Positions 14,078 to 20,605 of a stretch of DNA of 24,000 nt are shown here, piece by piece. The notes under the pieces were generated by a model. It saw nothing but the letters and a program-made list of their open reading frames with translations. It ran no database searches and was not told the DNA's origin. The position numbers were made by a program, and so were the translations under genes. Source of the DNA: Candidatus Thorarchaeota archaeon (GTDB taxonomy: Archaea; Asgardarchaeota; Thorarchaeia; Thorarchaeales; Thorarchaeaceae). The stretch spans positions 967 through 24,966 of the forward strand of contig PRDJ01000063.1 of assembly GCA_003345555.1 (NCBI GenBank). The letters run 5' to 3'. Each line of letters begins with the position of its first letter. The stretch's first letter is position 1.

Positions 14078-15745
14078 CTAGTCAATATCTCCTGACTGCG
14101 CTACCTTTGCCGTAAGAGTCGCATTCTCTTCCAAGGCGTCTACGAGGGCGCTTCCCTGTCTTGTCTTAATCCGTATTGATGCCTCTCCATTTCGACCGGT
14201 TACCGTTGTGAGAAGGTACTGGTCGTTAGCAAAGATGTCTAATCGCATCTTCACGTACTTCTTGCCAGCATACACCGTGACTTTCTTGTGCGAGTAGCTT
14301 ACCGAAATTGGGACGCTTTCTCCCGGTGTCCCCCGTTCGAAGGTCTCTCGGCGTTCCCCCATAACAGGTCGGGTCTCACCGTGAACGGGAACCACGACTT
14401 TCTCTCCACCGAAAGTGAATATCTCGTATTCAAGCACTCCGCGCTCAAAGTCACGTACCTCAATGACAGGTCTCGCTAAGTCTCTTTGTGAGCTGCTCAT
14501 TCCAGTTGGGAGCTTGACCTTTAAGGAGAGGGCAGCAACTTTCGCAACACGCCCTGCCTCTATATGTAAGACAGTATCCACAGTGCTTGGCAGCTGGCCC
14601 AATTCAACTCGGCCACCGAGTATCAACCGCTGTATGGCATCAATGGCAGAGCCGGCATGCACTACTCCTACCATGCCGACACCTGCAGATCTCAGGTCGG
14701 AATACACCTGAAAGTCAGAGTTCTTTCGTAATTCGTCGTATACAACATAGTCTGGCCGTACCAGCAGTAGGATGTCTGCGGTCTTCTCCATGCTTCGATC
14801 AAGCGGAGCATACTGAACGATATCATCAGTTACTTGAAGGTCTCGAGGTTGCTCCAATGTCTTGACAACATTTCCCTTCTTACTATAGAACTCTGCAAGT
14901 GCAGCTGCAAACGTACTCTTTCCGGATCCGGGCGAGCCCGAAATGAGAATGCCTTCGGCACGGCTTTCTAGCCTGTTCATGAGTTTCGGGCTAAGGCCAT
15001 AGTAATCGATGTCGAGCTTCGTGATGGGACGAATCGCTGAGATTTCCATCTTGTCACTAAAAGGTGGACGCGCGATGGCGATACGGTAGTTTCTGAGTTG
15101 AACGACTGTCGCACCGAATTCCTCGATTTCTATGAATGAGGCTCTGTCCTGCCGTGCTCTCTCGAGTATTGTATTGGCTAGCTGATCCAGTTCCTCAAAA
15201 GCGAGAACATGGTCTGACAGGTCCACCAATTCCCAATCTCCGGGTTCTCCTCTCTTTGCCCGGGGAGGATTGTTCTCCACGAGATGGACACTCATGGTAC
15301 GTTCATCGAAGAACTCCTCTAGGGTGACAATAGAATCGGGGCGTTTCTTTGCAATTACAGTCACCTCGAGTCCCATGATACGACCCGCCGCCGCTTGGAC
15401 ACTGTCAGATGTCACTAGCGTCGCGCCAAGCTTTGATGCAGTATCACGAACCAAAGCATCCAATTCGCCCCTGTCTGCATCATGGACTTGGGCAATAGAT
15501 GGTCTCTCGCCGGTGAATTCCAGCACGATGATACCGTTATCGGCGAGAGATCTGAGTCGTTCAAGTTCATTGAGGCCTAGCTTTCCTACGTCCCTCTTCT
15601 GATTCGCCATGTGCTCGATTTCTGCCAGTACAACGTTCGGGACGACTATTCGAAATCCTCTGTAGTCCCCGGATTCCACTTGGTGCGATACCCACCCGTC
15701 TATTACTACGCTAGTGTCAAGCACAATGACATTGTTCGTCATCAC
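14078..15745 (-). CDS. PIN-domain plus PilT-like ATPase with a KH-like C-terminus (COG1855-type archaeal ATPase)
   Basis: The N-terminal PIN signature is NVIVLDTSVVIDG, followed by later acidic residues. The Walker A motif is ILISGSPGSGKSTF. An extra C-terminal region of about 130 aa is present. The start GTG/ATG overlaps the stop of the upstream endA-like gene. Confidence 0.8.
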   Translation of the reverse strand: MMTNNVIVLDTSVVIDGWVSHQVESGDYRGFRIVVPNVVLAEIEHMANQKRDVGKLGLNELERLRSLADNGIIVLEFTGERPSIAQVHDADRGELDALVRDTASKLGATLVTSDSVQAAAGRIMGLEVTVIAKKRPDSIVTLEEFFDERTMSVHLVENNPPRAKRGEPGDWELVDLSDHVLAFEELDQLANTILERARQDRASFIEIEEFGATVVQLRNYRIAIARPPFSDKMEISAIRPITKLDIDYYGLSPKLMNRLESRAEGILISGSPGSGKSTFAAALAEFYSKKGNVVKTLEQPRDLQVTDDIVQYAPLDRSMEKTADILLLVRPDYVVYDELRKNSDFQVYSDLRSAGVGMVGVVHAGSAIDAIQRLILGGRVELGQLPSTVDTVLHIEAGRVAKVAALSLKVKLPTGMSSSQRDLARPVIEVRDFERGVLEYEIFTFGGEKVVVPVHGETRPVMGERRETFERGTPGESVPISVSYSHKKVTVYAGKKYVKMRLDIFANDQYLLTTVTGRNGEASIRIKTRQGSALVDALEENATLTAKVAQSGDID

Positions 15746-16440
15746 TGTTCACCGGCCCGATTTCGTAAAGTCGCACGTGATACCTTATAGAAGTTCACTT
15801 CCCCGTTCTGGTCCACGAGGGCAAATACAAGCTTCTTACGTGCAGCAGAGGCTGCTTCAGTGACCATGTCCAAGTCTTGAAGCGATATCGGTTCTCCTTC
15901 TTTGAGGACATACACAAGCTGGCTGGCGGTTGCCGCACTGGGCCTGTCTCCTCTTGCATAAACCCTGAATCCGATTCCTCCACCGAAACCCTGACGCACT
16001 GCGTATCCCCTGCTTCTGAGGTCTCTGAATACCAGATAGCGGGTCCAGAGATCAGGATCTCCTTTCATAAGTTCATCCACTATCTGCCTTGCTTCAATCT
16101 GCTCTCCGGTAAGTGACCTTGTGAGGATCCTTTTCCTTTCAAGAAGATGAAGCATTTCGACAGGGTCGAGCTGCAGTCTGCCGTCATCTAGACGGGTTCC
16201 GTAGAAACCATCCTGTGATATCCTATCAGCCTCGGCACCAGAAACGTAGCCGTACCTATCGTAGAATATGGCTTCCGCTGGTTCCTCCTGAAGCTCTGTC
16301 AGCTCTTCTGCAATTTTCTCGTCATCAGGATTTCCTGTTTCCTCTGACTCTGGGTTCTCGCCATCTTTATCGGGCAACCAGTCTCGCCTGATAGAGCAGG
16401 ACCTCAGCCGATTCGAGAAAAACCCTTCGTCGAGGTACAT
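15742..16440 (-). CDS. endA: tRNA-intron (splicing) endonuclease family subunit lacking the catalytic His (probable structural or atypical subunit)
   Basis: The C-terminal domain YLVFRDLRSRGYAVRQGFGGGIGFRVYARGDRPSAATASQLVYVLKEG...AARKKLVFALVDQNGEVNFYKV aligns without gaps to my recollection of M. jannaschii EndA (YLVYKDLRTRGY...DFRLYERGANIDKEHSVYLV...SVRKKLLIAIVDADGDIVYY). Tyr and Lys are kept, and the His position is Thr171. An acidic insertion of about 45 aa sits in the N-terminal domain. Confidence 0.75.
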   Translation of the reverse strand: MYLDEGFFSNRLRSCSIRRDWLPDKDGENPESEETGNPDDEKIAEELTELQEEPAEAIFYDRYGYVSGAEADRISQDGFYGTRLDDGRLQLDPVEMLHLLERKRILTRSLTGEQIEARQIVDELMKGDPDLWTRYLVFRDLRSRGYAVRQGFGGGIGFRVYARGDRPSAATASQLVYVLKEGEPISLQDLDMVTEAASAARKKLVFALVDQNGEVNFYKVSRATLRNRAGEQ

Positions 16441-16477
16441 TGCGAGAATCTAGGCAAGTATTTGGACCAGTGAGCCT

Positions 16478-17008
16478 GTGATGAAAAGCATGCTGGAAGA
16501 AGGCCTCAGAAGGTTCATCTCTGGGGCCAAACGTGTGGCGGTTCTAGGGATAGGGAACGACCTGAGAAGTGACGATGGTTTAGGCCCGTTTATAGTTGCG
16601 GGGTTGAATCTACAGCATCCGGACCTGATTGTAGAGAACGTTGGATCCGTTCCAGAGGCCTTTGCACGCCCTTTGGCCGATTTCGGTGCTGAGCGCGTAA
16701 TCATGGTCGATGCAGCTGACATGAGAAAGCCCGCAGCGCACATCGACCTGATAACAAAGGAGCGAATAGGCGGTATCACCATAAGTACACACAGCATGCC
16801 ATTGTCTTTGCTCATGATGTACCTAGAGCAGGAGACTGGGGGCAAGACCGTCCTTCTCGGTGTGCAACCGAAAAGCATCGTTTTTGGCGAAGGGCTGACT
16901 CCCGAAGTACGGCTTGCTGCTCAGAAAGTTATTAGAATCCTGAGAAGAGTTCTGCAACAGCACTTGGGAGACTCCAGAGATGTTTCGGACGATAGAGTGG
17001 CTAGATGA
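16478..17008 (+). CDS. hydrogenase maturation endopeptidase (HycI/FrhD/HyaD family)
   Basis: VAVLGIGNDLRSDDGLGPFI is the family GNxxxxDDGxG motif. The later MVDAAD and STHSMPL supply the Asp and His metal ligands. ATG 16481 is an alternative to GTG 16478. Confidence 0.75.
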   Translation: MMKSMLEEGLRRFISGAKRVAVLGIGNDLRSDDGLGPFIVAGLNLQHPDLIVENVGSVPEAFARPLADFGAERVIMVDAADMRKPAAHIDLITKERIGGITISTHSMPLSLLMMYLEQETGGKTVLLGVQPKSIVFGEGLTPEVRLAAQKVIRILRRVLQQHLGDSRDVSDDRVAR

Positions 17009-18047
17009 TAACACAGTCCGCTACGTAGACCAGACAAAGCTTCCTCTTGTAGTGGAGCACGTGACTACTAGGGAGCACGAACGAATAGCACACGCGATTC
17101 AGCTGATGGAAATCAGAGGCGCACCTGCAATTGGTGCAGCCGCAGCCATGGGAATGGCACTGGCAGCACTGGAGAGTCACGCGGCATCAAAACCAGAATT
17201 AGTGCAGTCCCTAAAGCATGCCGCTATGTCATTGAACGTGCGCCCCACTGCCGTGAACCTGACTTGGGCAACCACTCGCATGTTGCGGTTGGCAGACACT
17301 GCGAAAGGCAGCGTAAGCGACACAATCAAGGCCCTGATAGATGAAGCGAAAGAAATCGCCGAAGAGGACATACGAATGTGCAGAAGCATAGGGGAGAATG
17401 CGTTACCGCTCATTAAGTCTGGCTGGACGATACAAACCATCTGTAATGCAGGATCGTTGGCAACGGTTCTCCTTGGTACCGTGGGTGCTGTGATTCGAGT
17501 TGCAAATGAGAAGTACGGCAACATCAAGGTCTATGCTGCTGAGACTCGCCCAAGACAACAAGGTGCAAGGCTAACAGTGTTTGAATTCATGCAGGACGGT
17601 ATAGACACTACCTTGATTACTGATGGAATGATTGGCACAGTGTTTCGGCAAGGACGGGTGAACTGCTGTGTTGTGGGCGCAGACAGGATATTGAAGACCG
17701 GCCATGTGACAAACAAGATAGGCACGTACACAATGGCGATCACTGCAAACTATCACAAGATACCGTTCTATGTGGCAGCTCCGAGTTCGACAGTTGACAT
17801 GGACAGTAGAATCGAGGGCGTCAAGATTGAAGAGCGCGACCCTGACGAGGTTCGAATCATAAACGGGCAGTATGTGACTGTGCCGACTGCGAAGGTATAC
17901 AACCCCGCATTTGACGTGACACCACCCGAACTCATCTCTGCAATAATCACCGATAGAGGAGTTGTGCGCAGGCCCAACGAACAAAAGATGAAGAAGCTCT
18001 TCGGGGCGTTGGCGCCAACAAGCACAAATTCCATTTCCTGCGAATAG
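16980..18047 (+). CDS. mtnA: S-methyl-5-thioribose-1-phosphate isomerase (MtnA; eIF-2B alpha/beta/delta-like family)
   Basis: The N-terminus IEWLDDNTVRYVDQTKLP and the motif MEIRGAPAIGAAAAMGMALA are typical of MtnA-type aIF-2B-like proteins. The C-terminal motifs GADRI and AFDVTPPELISAIITDRG are also present. Confidence 0.8.
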   Translation: MFRTIEWLDDNTVRYVDQTKLPLVVEHVTTREHERIAHAIQLMEIRGAPAIGAAAAMGMALAALESHAASKPELVQSLKHAAMSLNVRPTAVNLTWATTRMLRLADTAKGSVSDTIKALIDEAKEIAEEDIRMCRSIGENALPLIKSGWTIQTICNAGSLATVLLGTVGAVIRVANEKYGNIKVYAAETRPRQQGARLTVFEFMQDGIDTTLITDGMIGTVFRQGRVNCCVVGADRILKTGHVTNKIGTYTMAITANYHKIPFYVAAPSSTVDMDSRIEGVKIEERDPDEVRIINGQYVTVPTAKVYNPAFDVTPPELISAIITDRGVVRRPNEQKMKKLFGALAPTSTNSISCE

Positions 18048-18065
18048 CCGTGTGCATTCTGTGCT

Positions 18066-19208
18066 TTGTCGATGACACAATCTTCTGAGGAGCGATGGTT
18101 GAGCACGACTCCGGACCGGATTTCATATCTCAGGGCTGATTCCACAGGATGGTTGCTCGAGCAGGACAACGCATCTGTTCGTTACTTCGCTCTAAGAGAC
18201 CTTCTTGAATGTCCCCCCAAAGACCCAGAAGTCCTTGATGCCAAACTCAGAATTGGAGCATCCGAGCAAGTCACGAAGATATTCCTGAAGCAGAAACCGG
18301 ACGGTCACTGGGAAAGGCCCGAAGAGCCGTATCAGCCCAAGTACAAGGCATCCTACTGGCAAGTTATGCTTCTGGGCATGCTGGGTCTTGACAAATCGGA
18401 TGAGCGAGTCAGGAGTGCTATCAATCACATCTTTTCGTTTCAGCATGAAGAAGGTGGTTTTGCTCAGTACGGAGCGGAAGGAGCTCGTGCGGAATACGAC
18501 TACGTCTCTCATAGGGCATCACGATATGGAAAGACTATTCTTTCATTCAGGCCTTGGGCCGAGAAGGAACTCCATGACTCCCAGATGTCTTGCCTCACGG
18601 GGAATGTCTCTCTTGCTTTGATTCGGCTAGGGTATTCCAGAGATGCCCGACTGCGCAAAGCATTGAATTGGCTGGTGAAGGTACAGAACCTCGACGGCGG
18701 CTGGTTGTGTCCGTACTGGGGGGCCCACATACATGACAAGCATGGCTGTTTCATGGGCACCATCACTCCTCTTCATGCATTCGCTGAGTATCCCAAGAAG
18801 TACAGGACACCGGGTATGCAGAAGGCCATCGAAACCGGTGTCGAATTCCTTCTAATGCACAGGCTGTTCAAGGCGGACAATCATGGCTTCAAGGTGATCA
18901 AACCGTCTTGGCTCACCCTCAGTTTTCCGCAGTTCTTCTATGACATATTGCGTGCCCTTCTGGTGGTGACTAGCCTGGGATACGCTGCTGACGAGCGAAT
19001 AGATGACGCACTGAAAGAGATCCTTCACAGGCAGAATGAGAAAGGCAGATGGGCTGTCGAAGCTACCTTGGCCGGCAGACTGCAAACTACCTTGGAGAAG
19101 CAAGGCCGACCGAGCAAGTGGATTACCCTAGATGCTCTGAGAGTGATTAAGAACGTTGTCAAAGAGAGAGGTCAGTTGAACACCGGCGGAGGCGGTTCCG
19201 AACCGTGA
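18066..19208 (+). CDS. alpha/alpha-toroid protein with prenyltransferase/terpene-cyclase-type repeats
   Basis: Four spaced Q-x-x-(x)-[DEK]-G-x-[WF] motifs are present: KQKPDGHW, FQHEEGGF, VQNLDGGW and RQNEKGRW. They resemble the prenyltransferase/squalene-cyclase repeat. The precise function is unknown. TTG 18066 or ATG 18072 could be the start. Confidence 0.55.
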   Translation: MSMTQSSEERWLSTTPDRISYLRADSTGWLLEQDNASVRYFALRDLLECPPKDPEVLDAKLRIGASEQVTKIFLKQKPDGHWERPEEPYQPKYKASYWQVMLLGMLGLDKSDERVRSAINHIFSFQHEEGGFAQYGAEGARAEYDYVSHRASRYGKTILSFRPWAEKELHDSQMSCLTGNVSLALIRLGYSRDARLRKALNWLVKVQNLDGGWLCPYWGAHIHDKHGCFMGTITPLHAFAEYPKKYRTPGMQKAIETGVEFLLMHRLFKADNHGFKVIKPSWLTLSFPQFFYDILRALLVVTSLGYAADERIDDALKEILHRQNEKGRWAVEATLAGRLQTTLEKQGRPSKWITLDALRVIKNVVKERGQLNTGGGGSEP

Positions 19209-19252
19209 CTTGTCAAAAACCCAAGGCGATGTTGAACGCCTGCTTGACCAAG

Positions 19253-19330
19253 TGGCGGGCACGGTCGGATTTGAACCGACGACATCCAACTCCGAAGGCT
19301 GGTGCCTTGTCCAAGCTAGACTACGTGCCC
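19253..19330 (-). tRNA. tRNA-Arg(UCG), intron-less, with encoded CCA
   Basis: The reverse complement reads GGGCACG TA GTCT AGCTTGGACA AGGC A CCAGC CTTCGGA GTTGG ATGTC GTCGG TTCAAAT CCGAC CGTGCCC G CCA. This is a perfect cloverleaf with the anticodon at plus 19293-19295. Confidence 0.92.
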
Positions 19331-19402
19331 CTTGATGGCCCATGAAAACCGGCGCCTTAAGGACTTTTACTCCCGAACCTCTGAAGAGGCAGAGGTCGTC
19401 TC

Positions 19403-19636
19403 TCATTTCCTTGATCTCTTCCCCCAGATTCCTAAGAAATTATCGAGGGACCGATCGTAGGTCTTCTCGGCCTCGGGCGGGAAGAGACACCCGGGAAGTT
19501 CGTGATTCTTCCAGTGATACTGGAGGCAATCACAACAGTAGCCCTTTCTAGGGCAGCCTGCGTACGTACAAGCACAGCGTTGCCTATTCCTTTCCGAATT
19601 ACAGACTCTGTCCGTCATTCTCGTCTTGTCTGCCAC
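19403..19636 (-). CDS. small Cys-rich protein (8 Cys, 77 aa), probable metal-binding; unknown function
   Basis: The pattern CACTYAGCPRKGYCCDCLQYHWKNHELPGCLFPPEAEKTYDRS resembles a small conserved Cys-rich family that I recall as a DUF (possibly DUF6485), unverified. ATG start. Confidence 0.6.
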   Translation of the reverse strand: MADKTRMTDRVCNSERNRQRCACTYAGCPRKGYCCDCLQYHWKNHELPGCLFPPEAEKTYDRSLDNFLGIWGKRSRK

Positions 19637-19696
19637 TTGCCTTAACGATTAAACCTGTTTGGTCTGGGCGATACGCTAATAGACCAGAGGGCGTGA

Positions 19697-20494
19697 TTGT
19701 CTGGCACAATGGTCATCTTGAAGGGTCTGGGCAGTGACTTGACAGGGGTTGATGGCACCAAGCTTGATCCATCCCGTCTTACAACACTTGAGGATATCTT
19801 GAAACAGGCGTTCGGTGCCAGTACCAAAGCAACAGTCGTACGAAGATTCGAGAGCAAGAAGAACGTCGTTCTTCAACTCAGGATTGAGGGCAAGAGAAAG
19901 GCTGCTCAAACCAACATGGTTGCGAAGCTGTTTGTAACTGACCGTTTTGAGATAGAGCTGCAATTGCTCAATGCATGTCATGAGCGTGGGCCCGATGTAC
20001 CAGAGGTTCTTGCTGGCAAAGAAGGCGTGATATTAATGTCATTCATATCTGGGGAGCTTCTAGTTGAAGCAATCAACCGGACCTTCGACTCCGGATTGAT
20101 TGACACACTTGTTGCATGGTACTACGAATATCACACCCTACACAAGCTCACCAAAGGCGATCCTAAGCTGAAGAACTTCATCTACAATGATGGTGTGATT
20201 TTCGGTATAGACTTCGAAGAATCCCGACCCGGAGACTGGATGTTAGATATCGGGGGTATTGCCGCCAGTCTGCTCGATACAACACCTGTTTTTGACAAGC
20301 GGAAGAGAATCTTAGCTTGGCATCTACTGGAGCAATACTTGAGGCTTAGGAACGAGACCCGCAACCATGACATTGATCATACATTCCTTCAAACAGTATC
20401 AAGTGCGCTGAAAGAAACTGCTCACTGGCGCAAAGACAACAGCCTTCTTTTGCTCGCCGAGAGCGTCTCTCGCTTCGGAATTCCTATCGAGTGA
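19697..20494 (+). CDS. protein-kinase-like fold phosphotransferase (APH/Bud32/RIO-like)
   Basis: A beta3-type Lys is present (MVAKLFV). The catalytic-loop-like segment is KGDPKLKNFIY and the DFG-like segment is FGIDFEES. An alternative start exists at ATG 19709. Confidence 0.55.
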   Translation: MSGTMVILKGLGSDLTGVDGTKLDPSRLTTLEDILKQAFGASTKATVVRRFESKKNVVLQLRIEGKRKAAQTNMVAKLFVTDRFEIELQLLNACHERGPDVPEVLAGKEGVILMSFISGELLVEAINRTFDSGLIDTLVAWYYEYHTLHKLTKGDPKLKNFIYNDGVIFGIDFEESRPGDWMLDIGGIAASLLDTTPVFDKRKRILAWHLLEQYLRLRNETRNHDIDHTFLQTVSSALKETAHWRKDNSLLLLAESVSRFGIPIE

Positions 20495-20553
20495 GATATT
20501 GCCATTCCAAGGTCTTTGGCTGCCTTTCCCTAATCTTCATATTACCATCTCCG

Positions 20554-20583
20554 TACTGATATGTTCACTCGAACATATCAGTA
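20554..20583. promoter_or_regulatory. perfect 13-bp inverted repeat with a 4-nt spacer (TACTGATATGTTC-ACTC-GAACATATCAGTA)
   Basis: Read directly from the sequence. It lies 23 nt upstream of ATG 20606, just downstream of the A/T-rich CTTCATATTACC (20535-20546), and 60 nt after the stop of the preceding gene. Confidence 0.6.
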
Positions 20584-20605
20584 GGCTCACATGGAGACTC
20601 CTTGA

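Noticed and set aside
1359-18553. Many antisense or off-frame ORFs inside the assigned genes. Examples are 1545-1937(-), 2653-3084(-), 6720-7372(-), 7715-8553(-), 13359-13850(-), 14288-15602(+), 16450-16878(-) and 17177-18169(-).
   Set aside because: Each lies entirely within or opposite a gene with clear family motifs. Their sequences are Ser/Arg/Cys-rich, typical of shadow frames.
19128-19406. A 92-aa ORF on the minus strand (…LDVVGSNPTVPATW…).
   Set aside because: It is read through tRNA-Arg(UCG) and is an artefact.
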